Below, piece by piece: positions 37,938 to 46,804 of a DNA stretch of 64,000 bases. Below the pieces are notes generated by a model. It saw only the letters and a list, made by a program, of their open reading frames with translations. It searched no databases and had not been told where the DNA came from. The DNA is from Elusimicrobiota bacterium (GTDB taxonomy: Bacteria > Elusimicrobiota > Elusimicrobia > UBA1565), in contig JBDRPD010000053.1 of NCBI GenBank assembly GCA_043827405.1, positions 1-64,000 of the forward strand, in the 5' to 3' direction. Numbering within the stretch: the first letter of the stretch is position 1; every line of letters begins with the position of its first letter. A program made the translations under genes and the position numbers.

Positions 37938-40900
37938 TCCGCCTGCTGGCCGCGCTGCTCGCGCTCGCCGTCTCGGCCGCGGCCGCCCCGCGGCCGCCGC
38001 TGCTCGCCACCTGGCGCGGCCTGACCAACGACGTCTACGACGTTGCGTTCTCGCCGGACGGCCGCCGGGTGCTGTCCGCCAACAAGGACGGCACGCTGAA
38101 GCTGTGGGACGTCGCGACCGGCCGCGTCGTTGCCGCGTGGGAGGGGCACCGTTCGGAAGTCATCGCCGCCGCCTTCTCGCCGGACGGCCGCACCGCCGTC
38201 TCCGGCAGCGAAGACCGGACGTTGAAGTTATGGGACACAGCCACCGGCAAAGAGCTGGCGACTCTGGGCGCGCACGACGACTTCATCCTCAAAGTCGACA
38301 TCTCGCGCGACGGAAAAACCGCCGCCTCGGTATCGTTTGACGGGCTCATCAAGCTGTGGGATCTGGACGCCCGCCGCGAAATCGCGGTCCTCGGCGGCAG
38401 CCGGACCGCCCGCGCCCTGGACGCCTCGTTCTCGCCGGACGGCGAGCGGATCATCGCGGCGCAGTGGGACAAGACGCTGCGGCTTTGGGACGTGAAGACG
38501 CGGCGCCTGCTGGCGACCTGGCGGGGGCACAAGAACCAGGTGCTGACGGCGGCGTTCTCGCCCGACGGCGGCAAGGTTATCTCGGGCAGCCGCGACAATA
38601 CCCTGCGCGTCTGGAACGCCGCCGACGGCCGGACGCTCGCCGTTCTGCGCGGACACCAAAGCCACGTGACCGCCGCCGCCTTCTGCCCGGACAGCCGCAC
38701 CGCGCTCTCGGCGGGGATGGACTACTCGGTACGCAAGTGGGACACCCGAACGGGCGCCGAGCTGGAAGTCTGGAGCGGGCACGACGACGCGGTCTACGCG
38801 CTCGCCGTCTCGGCGGACGGGCGGCTCGCCGTTTCGGCGGGGGAAGACGACACCCTGCGCCTATGGGACATCACGGGCGGCGCCGACGCCGCCGCCTTCA
38901 CCGCCCCCGTCTACCCCGCCCCGGTCTACCGTCCGGCGCCGGGCGAAAGCGGCGAGGAGTGGCTCGGGCGCATGCTCTTTTTCGATGACCGGCTCACCGG
39001 CGACAACAACACGAACTGCGCCTGGTGCCATAATCCGCAGCAGGCCTTCACCGACGGCGGCGCCCTCTCCTCGGGCTACCCCGGCTTCTTTTTCCGCAAC
39101 ACGCCGACGCTCATCAACGCCGCGGGGCAGAAGCACCTGTACTGGGACGGCCGCTTTTCCGCCGACGACCTGCCCTCGCTCATCCGCGACCATATCTCCG
39201 AGGCGCACTTCATGAACGCCGACGGCCGTCTGATCGTGGAAAAGCTGCGCCAGGCGCCCGGCTACGTACAGGCCTTTCAGGAAGTCTACGGCGCCGAACC
39301 CGGCTACGGCCGGTTGCTCGATGCTCTTGCCGCCTTCGTCCGTTCCCTAAAGTCCGGGAAGTCGCCCTACGACCTGGACGCGCTGACGCCCGCCGCCCGG
39401 CGCGGCCGCGCGCTCTTCACCGGCGAGGGCGGCTGCGCGGACTGTCATAGCGGACCGCTCTTCACCGACGGGGAGTTCCATGACCGCGGGGTGCCGGAAA
39501 ATCCCCTGATCTTCGGCGACTATCTGCGCCAGGTCTCCTTCCGGCGCTTTTTTAAAGCACTGGGAGTGAAGGGCTACCAGGACCTCAAACGCGATGTCGG
39601 GCTCTTCGCCGTCACCAAGCGGGAAGACGATCGCGGAAAGTTCCGCACCCCGAGCCTGCGCGAGGTCGCGCGCACCGCGCCCTACATGCACAACGGGATA
39701 TTCCCGACGCTCGACGCGGCGGTCGCGCATGAAAACCCGAAGCTCACGCCGGAGGAGCGCGGCGACATCGCGGCGTTCCTGGAAGCGCTCAGCAGCGAGA
39801 CGCGGACCGTCGAGGCGCCGCCGCTTCCGGCGTATGCGCTGCGTGAACCGCCCCGGCGGAAGGCCGCTGCTACCGGGCCGCGCGAACGGGCCGCGGCGCC
39901 CAGCGCGCCGCCGCCTCTGGCTCCGCTGCCGGCCGTGCCGGTGCCCGCCGATAATCCCTTGACCGCGGCCAAGATCGAGCTGGGCAAGATGCTGTTCTTC
40001 GACCCCCGCTTCTCGGGCAGCGGCGACTCCGGCTGCGTCAGCTGCCATGAGCCGGCCACCGGCTGGGGCGACGCCAGCGCCCTGGCGCGGGGCTACGAAG
40101 GCACGCTGCACTGGCGCAACACCCAGAGCCTGCTCAACGCCGCCTATTACACCAAGCTCGAATGGGACGGCGCCTGGCCGAGCCTGGAGGAGCAGGCGCG
40201 CGGCGCCATCACCTCCAACCTCAACGGCAACGGCGATCCCGAGATGATCGAAGAGACGCTGGCGCAGATTCCGCTCTATATCGACCTGTTCAAAAAGGCT
40301 TTCGGCGTCGACCGGCCGAACTTCGAGGGCGCGCTCAAAGCGCTGGCCTCGTTTCAACGCGCGGTTCCCATATCCCGCGACACGCCCTTGGACCGCAGCC
40401 TGCGGGGCGACAAGTCGGCGCTCTCCCGGGCGGCCCGGCGCGGACGGCGGCTGTTCGAAGGCAAGGCCGGCTGCCTGCGCTGCCATAACGGCGCGCTGGC
40501 CTCGGACCAAGGCTTCCATGCCACCGGCGTCCCCCAGAGCCCGGATTTCCGCATCACCCCGCTGCGCCAGGTGACCCTGCGCTACCAGCACGTCATCCGC
40601 GGCGTACCCGAGGAAGTCTACCGCGACGCCGATACGGACCCGGGCCTCTATTTGACGACGCACCGGGAAGAGGATAGCGGCAAATTCAGGACGCCGAGCC
40701 TGCGCGAGCTCAAGCACACCGCGCCCTATATGCATAACGGCGCCTTCCGCACGCTCGAGGAAGTCGTAGAGTTCTACGACCAAGGCGGCGGCGCGACCCC
40801 CAACAAGAGCCCGCTGCTGCGGCCGCTCGGACTTTCTCCGCGCGAGAAGCGGGACCTCATCGCTTTCCTGCTGGCGCTCTCGGGCGAAGAAATAATCGTC

Positions 40901-40951
40901 GACCATCCCGAGAAGGTCGGCCCGTATCATACCTCGGTGGAGGGCTATTGA
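37934..40951 (+). CDS. WD40-(CCP)2 fusion, copy 3
   Basis: GTGA overlap; CAWCH, CADCH, CVSCH, CLRCH. Confidence 0.93.
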   Translation: MIRLLAALLALAVSAAAAPRPPLLATWRGLTNDVYDVAFSPDGRRVLSANKDGTLKLWDVATGRVVAAWEGHRSEVIAAAFSPDGRTAVSGSEDRTLKLWDTATGKELATLGAHDDFILKVDISRDGKTAASVSFDGLIKLWDLDARREIAVLGGSRTARALDASFSPDGERIIAAQWDKTLRLWDVKTRRLLATWRGHKNQVLTAAFSPDGGKVISGSRDNTLRVWNAADGRTLAVLRGHQSHVTAAAFCPDSRTALSAGMDYSVRKWDTRTGAELEVWSGHDDAVYALAVSADGRLAVSAGEDDTLRLWDITGGADAAAFTAPVYPAPVYRPAPGESGEEWLGRMLFFDDRLTGDNNTNCAWCHNPQQAFTDGGALSSGYPGFFFRNTPTLINAAGQKHLYWDGRFSADDLPSLIRDHISEAHFMNADGRLIVEKLRQAPGYVQAFQEVYGAEPGYGRLLDALAAFVRSLKSGKSPYDLDALTPAARRGRALFTGEGGCADCHSGPLFTDGEFHDRGVPENPLIFGDYLRQVSFRRFFKALGVKGYQDLKRDVGLFAVTKREDDRGKFRTPSLREVARTAPYMHNGIFPTLDAAVAHENPKLTPEERGDIAAFLEALSSETRTVEAPPLPAYALREPPRRKAAATGPRERAAAPSAPPPLAPLPAVPVPADNPLTAAKIELGKMLFFDPRFSGSGDSGCVSCHEPATGWGDASALARGYEGTLHWRNTQSLLNAAYYTKLEWDGAWPSLEEQARGAITSNLNGNGDPEMIEETLAQIPLYIDLFKKAFGVDRPNFEGALKALASFQRAVPISRDTPLDRSLRGDKSALSRAARRGRRLFEGKAGCLRCHNGALASDQGFHATGVPQSPDFRITPLRQVTLRYQHVIRGVPEEVYRDADTDPGLYLTTHREEDSGKFRTPSLRELKHTAPYMHNGAFRTLEEVVEFYDQGGGATPNKSPLLRPLGLSPREKRDLIAFLLALSGEEIIVDHPEKVGPYHTSVEGY

Positions 40952-43830
40952 TGACGCGCGCGCTGGCCCTCGTTTTCCTGCTCGCGACGCCCGCCGCCGC
41001 TTCCCCCCTGCTCGCCACCTGGCGCGGCGGCGGCGGCGACACGCACGACGCCGTCTTCACCCCGGACGGGAGCAAGGTGCTGACGGCGTACGAGTTTCCC
41101 TTCCTGAAAATGTGGGACACGGCCAGCGGCGCGGAGCTCGCCGTCTGGAACGGCCACGCCGGACAGGTATTCGCCGTCGCCCTGACGCCGGATGGAAAGC
41201 GCGCCCTGTCCGGCAGCGAGGACGAGACGCTCAAGCTGTGGGACACCGCCAGCGGCCGGGTGCTCGCGACTTTGCGCGGACACCGCGACGAAATCAATTC
41301 GCTCGCCGTCGCTCCGGACGGCCGGACGGCCGCCAGCGTCTCCTACGACGGCACGATAATCTTCTGGGACCTCGAAAAACAAACGCGGCTCGCCGTCCTG
41401 GCGGAGGACTCGGGCGCCTTGTCCTGCGCCTTCTCGCCGGACGGCAAGCGGCTCATCACCGGCCATTGGGACAAGACCCTGCGGCTCTGGGACGTCGCGG
41501 CTCGCCGGCCGGCCGCGCGCTGGCGGGGCCACCGCAGCCAGGTCCTGGCCGCGGTCTTCTCGCCGGACGGCTCGCAGGTTCTGTCGGGAAGCCGCGACAA
41601 TACCGCGATACTGTGGGACGCGGCATCCGGCCGGCCGCTGTCCGTCTGGCGCGGACATGACAGCCACGTAAACACCGTCGCTTTTTCGCCGGACGGGCGC
41701 ACGGCGCTCACCGGCAGCTCCGATTATACGATCCGCAAGTGGGAGGTGGAAACCGGACGCGAGCTGGCGGTATGGCAGGGGCATCAAGGCGCGGTGTTCC
41801 AGGTCGCGTTCTCGCCCAACGGCGCCTTGGCCGTTTCCACCGGAGAGGACGACACCGTCCGGGTCTGGGACGCCGACGGTTCGGCGCGCGGCTCGGTCAA
41901 AGACCCGCCGCGGCCGCGGCCGGACAGTCCGGGCAAGGCTGGCGCCGCGGAGCTTGGGCGCGTACTCTTTTACGATACCCGGCTCACCGGCGACAACAGC
42001 CATAACTGCGCCTGGTGCCATGATCCGCGGCGCGCCTTCACCAACGGCAACGCGCTCTCTTTGGGCTATCCCGACACCCTGTACTTCCGCAACACGCCGA
42101 CGCTGATCAACGCCGCGGAGCTGCGCAGCTTCTACTGGGACGGCCGCGCTCGCGGCGACGGCCTTGCAGCGGTTCTGCGCGAGCATATCGAGACGCATTT
42201 CATGAACGCCGACGGCCGCCTGATCGCGGAGAAGATCCGCCAGGCGCCCGCCTACGAACAGGCCTTCCGTGAGGTGTACGGCGCGGCGCCCGATTACGCG
42301 AATATCACGGCCGCGCTCGCGGCCTTTATCCGCACCCTCAAGTCCGCCGCCGCTGCGCCGCCGCCGTCCCCCGCCGCCCGGCGCGGACAAGAGCTCTTCA
42401 GCGGCCAGGGCGGCTGCGCGCGCTGCCACAGCGGCCCGCTTTTCACCGACGAGAAATTCCATGACCGCCGCGTGCCGAAAAATCCCGAGCTGCTCTCCGA
42501 ACCCCTGCGCCGCGCTTCCCTGCGCCGCTTTTTCAAGGAGCTCGGTGTGCCGGACTTCGCGCGCCTGCGGGAGGACGTCGGACGCTATGCCGTTACCAAG
42601 GACCCGGGCGATCGCGGCCGCTTCCGGACGCCCTCCCTGCGGGAAGCGGCGCGCACGGCGCCCTATATGCACAACGGCATGTACAAGACGCTCGAGGAAG
42701 CCGTGGCGCATGAAAACTCCCGTCTCAGCGCGGCGGAGGTCGGCGACATCGCCGCGTTCCTGCGCTCGCTGTCGAGCCCGGCCGGCGAGTTCCCGCCGCC
42801 GCCGATTCCCGAGTACGAAGTGCGCGCCGAGCCGCCGCCCCGGCGCCGGCCGCTCGCGCCGCCGGCGGCGGGGACGTTCCCGCCCCTGGCGCCCCTCACG
42901 CCGGTCCCCATCCCCGGCGACAATCCGCCGACCCCGGAGAAGATCGAACTGGGCGCCCGGCTGTTTCATGACCCGCGCATATCCGGCAGCGGCGACATCC
43001 GCTGCGCCTCCTGCCACGAACCGGCGCTGGGCTGGGGCGACAACGGCGATCTGGCGCAGGGATTTTCCGGGACCCTGCACTGGCGCAATGCCCCGTCGCT
43101 CCTCAACGCCGCCCGCTACCGACGGCTCGGCTGGAACGCGACGGCCGCGGGGCTGGAAGAGCAGGTCCGCGAGATGCTCGCCTCGAACCTGACCATGAAC
43201 GGCGCTCCGGCGATGATTGAGGAAACCCTGACGCTTTCGCCCAGGTACACGCGGCTGTTCAAGCAGGCCTTCAACGTGGAGCGTCCGCACTTCCGCGGGG
43301 TTATCCTGGCGCTCTCTTCCTATCTGCGCACGGCGCCAGCGACGCGGGAAGCGCCGCTCGATGAATTCCTCAAAGGCGGCGCGGCAGCGCTATCCGCCGC
43401 GGCCGTCCGCGGCCGGGGCCTGTTCGCCGGCCAAGCCGGCTGTCTCCGCTGCCACAATGGACCGCTCGCCACGGATCAGGCGCTGCGGGCATCCGGCGTG
43501 CCGGAAAACCCCGCTTTCGACCGCATCCCGTTGCGCCAGGTGGCCCGGCGTTATCAGCGCGCGCTGCGCGGCCTCAGCGACGAAGACCGCGAGACTTTCC
43601 GCACCCCGAGCCTGCGGGGGCTGACACATACGGCGCCCTACATGCACAACGGCGTATTTAAAACGCTGCGCGAAGTCGTGGAGTACTACGACCGCGAGGC
43701 GCGGCTCGGGCTGTCGCCGCGCGACAAGCAGGACCTGATCGCTTTCCTGGAATCGCTCTCCGGCGCGGAGATCCCGGTCGAGCACCCTGGCGGAATCGGC
43801 CCGTATCATACTTTCCTGGAGGACCGCTGA
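40951..43830 (+). CDS. WD40-(CCP)2 fusion, copy 4 (most divergent, internal deletions)
   Basis: TGATG overlap with GGAGG RBS; CAWCH, CARCH, CASCH, CLRCH. Confidence 0.92.
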   Translation: MTRALALVFLLATPAAASPLLATWRGGGGDTHDAVFTPDGSKVLTAYEFPFLKMWDTASGAELAVWNGHAGQVFAVALTPDGKRALSGSEDETLKLWDTASGRVLATLRGHRDEINSLAVAPDGRTAASVSYDGTIIFWDLEKQTRLAVLAEDSGALSCAFSPDGKRLITGHWDKTLRLWDVAARRPAARWRGHRSQVLAAVFSPDGSQVLSGSRDNTAILWDAASGRPLSVWRGHDSHVNTVAFSPDGRTALTGSSDYTIRKWEVETGRELAVWQGHQGAVFQVAFSPNGALAVSTGEDDTVRVWDADGSARGSVKDPPRPRPDSPGKAGAAELGRVLFYDTRLTGDNSHNCAWCHDPRRAFTNGNALSLGYPDTLYFRNTPTLINAAELRSFYWDGRARGDGLAAVLREHIETHFMNADGRLIAEKIRQAPAYEQAFREVYGAAPDYANITAALAAFIRTLKSAAAAPPPSPAARRGQELFSGQGGCARCHSGPLFTDEKFHDRRVPKNPELLSEPLRRASLRRFFKELGVPDFARLREDVGRYAVTKDPGDRGRFRTPSLREAARTAPYMHNGMYKTLEEAVAHENSRLSAAEVGDIAAFLRSLSSPAGEFPPPPIPEYEVRAEPPPRRRPLAPPAAGTFPPLAPLTPVPIPGDNPPTPEKIELGARLFHDPRISGSGDIRCASCHEPALGWGDNGDLAQGFSGTLHWRNAPSLLNAARYRRLGWNATAAGLEEQVREMLASNLTMNGAPAMIEETLTLSPRYTRLFKQAFNVERPHFRGVILALSSYLRTAPATREAPLDEFLKGGAAALSAAAVRGRGLFAGQAGCLRCHNGPLATDQALRASGVPENPAFDRIPLRQVARRYQRALRGLSDEDRETFRTPSLRGLTHTAPYMHNGVFKTLREVVEYYDREARLGLSPRDKQDLIAFLESLSGAEIPVEHPGGIGPYHTFLEDR

Positions 43831-43837
43831 AAACCGC

Positions 43838-46804
43838 ATGAGGCTCGCCATTCTTCTCTCTTGCCTGCTGCCGGGGACCGCGGCGTGGGGCGCTTTGCTC
43901 GCGACCTGGGAAGGTCACACCGATGAGGTGGCCAGCGTCGCCTTTACCCCCGACGGCGGCCGGGCGCTGTCGGCCGGCGGCGACCAGACCATCCGGCTGT
44001 GGGATGTTGCGGCCGGCCGTACGCTCGCCGTCTGGCGCGGACATGCGGCGGACATCGGCGCCGTCGCGGTGACGCCGGACGGCAAGCGCGCGATCTCGGG
44101 CAGCGAGGACTCCGCGCTCAAGCTCTGGGATATCGCCTCGGGCCGCGAACTCGACGAGATCAAGGAGCATGGGCTGGAGCTGCGCACCGTTGTGCTGTCG
44201 CCGGACGGCCGGACCGCGGCGCTCATCTCCCTCGACGGCGAGCTCAAGCTGTGGGATATCGAGAAGCGCCGCGAGCTCATCGCGCTCAACGGCGGGAAGA
44301 CCGTGCGCGCGTTGTGCGCCGCCTTTTCTCCGGACGGACGGCGGCTGCTCACCGGGCAGTGGGACTACCATATCCGCCTATGGGATGTGCGCTCGGGAAC
44401 GGAGCTGGCGCTCTGGCAGGGACACGACAACCCGGTATTCGCTCTGGCGTTCATGCCGGACGGGACCCGCGCCGTATCCGGCAGCCGGGACAATACGCTG
44501 CGGCTGTGGGACGCCGGCAGCGGACAGACGCTTGCCGTCTTCAAGGGGCACCGCAGCCACGTCCACGCCGTCGCCGTCTCGCCGGACGGGAAGACCGTGC
44601 TTTCCGGCGGGCGGGACCGCGTGCTGAGAAAGTGGGATGCGGCGACGGGCCGCGAGCTGGCCGCCTGGCGCGGACACCGCAGCACCATCCGCGCCATCGC
44701 CGTCTCGCCGGACGGCCGCCGCGCGATTTCGGGCGGCGAGGACAAAACCGTCCGGCTGTGGGCGCTGGATGCGGATCCGGACGCCGGGCGAACGCCGGAG
44801 GCCCCGCGCTCCTTCAAGCTCCGGCTGAACTCCGAAGCGGACGCCCAAGCCGAACTCGGCCGGCTGCTGTTCTTCGACGAACGGCTCTCGGGCGACAACA
44901 CCCTCAGCTGCGCCGCCTGCCACATCCCCGAACGCGCCTTCGCCGACGGCGAGGCGCTGGCCGAAGGCTACACCGAGACGCTGTACTTTCGCAACACCCC
45001 CTCGCTCTTTAATATGGAAGGGCAGGCCCAGCTGTACTGGGACGGCCGCTTCGCGGCCGGAGACCTGCCCTCGCTGATGCGCGATCACATCTCGGAAGCC
45101 CACTTCATGAACGCGGACGGCCGGCTCATCGTAGAGAAGCTGCGCCAGGCGCCCGGCTACATCGACGCCTTCCAGCAGGTGTACGGCGGCGAACCCTCCT
45201 ACAGCCGGATCCTCGAGGCGCTATCCGCCTTCGTCCGCACGCTGAAATCCGCCGCGGCGCCCTACGACCGGGACGAGCTTTCGCCCGCCGCCCGGCGCGG
45301 ACGCGAGCTCTTCAACGGCAAGGGCGGCTGTGCGCAATGCCACAGCGGACCGCTCTTTACCGACGGGAAATTCCACGATCGCGGCGTCCCGGAGAATCCC
45401 GACATCTTTTCCCACCCCATGCGGCATATCACCTTCCGCCGCTTCTTCAAGGTCTTCGGCATCGAGAACTACCCGCAGCTGCGCCGGGACCTGGGCCTCT
45501 TCGCCGTAACAAAAGCGCCCCGGGACCGCGGGAAGTTCAAGACGCCGCCGCTGCGCGAGGTCGCACGTACCGCTCCCTACATGCACAACGGCATGCTCAA
45601 GACGCTCGATGACGCCGTAGCGCATGAGAATCCCGAGCTGTCGCGCGGGGAGCGGCGAGACATCGTCGAGTTCCTTAAGGCCCTCACCAGCGACACCGGG
45701 GCGGTCGCGGTTCCCATTCTCCCTGATTACGCCGTACGCAGCCGGACCCGGCCGCCGCCGCCGACCACCTACGCTCCGCGCCCGGAAAAGAAATCGTTTC
45801 CCCCGCTCGCCCCGCTGCCCCCCGTCCCCGTCCCCGCGGACAACCCCCTGACGCCGGATAAAGTCAAGCTGGGGACCCTGCTCTTTTTCGAAGCCGACGT
45901 CTCGGGAGACGGCGACACCTACTGCGGCTCCTGCCACGTCCCGCCGATGGGCTGGGGCGACAACAGCGACGTCGCCCAGGGCTATGCCGGCACGCTGCAC
46001 TGGCGCAATACGCAGACCCTGCTCAACGCCGCCTACTACAGCAAGCTGGAATGGAACGGCGCCTGGCCGAGCCTGGAGGAGCAGGCCCGCGGCGCCATCA
46101 CCTCCAACATCAACGGCAACGGCGACCCGCTGATGATCGAGGAGCGCCTGGCCCAGTCGCCGCTGTACGTCGCCTTGTTCAAAAAGGTATTCGGCGTGGA
46201 CCGCCCCCACTTCGAGGGAGTGCTTAAGGCGCTGGCCGCCTTCCAGCGCGCGATCCCGATCTCGCGCAATGTCCCGTTCGACAATTACCTCAAAGGCGAC
46301 CGGGAAGCCCTCTCCGCCGCGGCCCGGCGCGGACGCGAGCTGTTCGAGGGACGGGCCGGCTGCATCCAATGCCATAACGGCCCGCTCGCCTCGGACCAGG
46401 ACTTCCACGCCACCGGCGTGCCCCGCAACCCCGTATTCGACGAGGTCCCCCTGCGCCAGGTCACCTTGCGCTACCAGTACGTCATCCACGGCGCTCCCGA
46501 GGAAGTCTACCGGAGCGCCGACTCGGACCCGGGCCTGTACTTGACGACGCACAAGGATGAAGATAGCGGCAAGTTCCGGACGCCGAGCCTGCGCGAGCTG
46601 AAATATACCGCTCCCTACATGCATAACGGAGTATTCGCGACGCTGCGGGAGGTCGTGGCGTTCTATAATGAAGGCGGCGGGGAGACTCCCAACAAGAGCC
46701 CGCTGCTCAAACCCCTGCGGCTGAAACCTGATGAAATGGAGGACCTGACCGCCTTTCTCGAAGCGCTCTCCGGCGACAAGATCGCGGTCCGGCCGTACGA
46801 ATGA
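43838..46804 (+). CDS. WD40-(CCP)2 fusion, copy 5
   Basis: CAACH, CAQCH, CGSCH, CIQCH. Confidence 0.93.
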   Translation: MRLAILLSCLLPGTAAWGALLATWEGHTDEVASVAFTPDGGRALSAGGDQTIRLWDVAAGRTLAVWRGHAADIGAVAVTPDGKRAISGSEDSALKLWDIASGRELDEIKEHGLELRTVVLSPDGRTAALISLDGELKLWDIEKRRELIALNGGKTVRALCAAFSPDGRRLLTGQWDYHIRLWDVRSGTELALWQGHDNPVFALAFMPDGTRAVSGSRDNTLRLWDAGSGQTLAVFKGHRSHVHAVAVSPDGKTVLSGGRDRVLRKWDAATGRELAAWRGHRSTIRAIAVSPDGRRAISGGEDKTVRLWALDADPDAGRTPEAPRSFKLRLNSEADAQAELGRLLFFDERLSGDNTLSCAACHIPERAFADGEALAEGYTETLYFRNTPSLFNMEGQAQLYWDGRFAAGDLPSLMRDHISEAHFMNADGRLIVEKLRQAPGYIDAFQQVYGGEPSYSRILEALSAFVRTLKSAAAPYDRDELSPAARRGRELFNGKGGCAQCHSGPLFTDGKFHDRGVPENPDIFSHPMRHITFRRFFKVFGIENYPQLRRDLGLFAVTKAPRDRGKFKTPPLREVARTAPYMHNGMLKTLDDAVAHENPELSRGERRDIVEFLKALTSDTGAVAVPILPDYAVRSRTRPPPPTTYAPRPEKKSFPPLAPLPPVPVPADNPLTPDKVKLGTLLFFEADVSGDGDTYCGSCHVPPMGWGDNSDVAQGYAGTLHWRNTQTLLNAAYYSKLEWNGAWPSLEEQARGAITSNINGNGDPLMIEERLAQSPLYVALFKKVFGVDRPHFEGVLKALAAFQRAIPISRNVPFDNYLKGDREALSAAARRGRELFEGRAGCIQCHNGPLASDQDFHATGVPRNPVFDEVPLRQVTLRYQYVIHGAPEEVYRSADSDPGLYLTTHKDEDSGKFRTPSLRELKYTAPYMHNGVFATLREVVAFYNEGGGETPNKSPLLKPLRLKPDEMEDLTAFLEALSGDKIAVRPYE

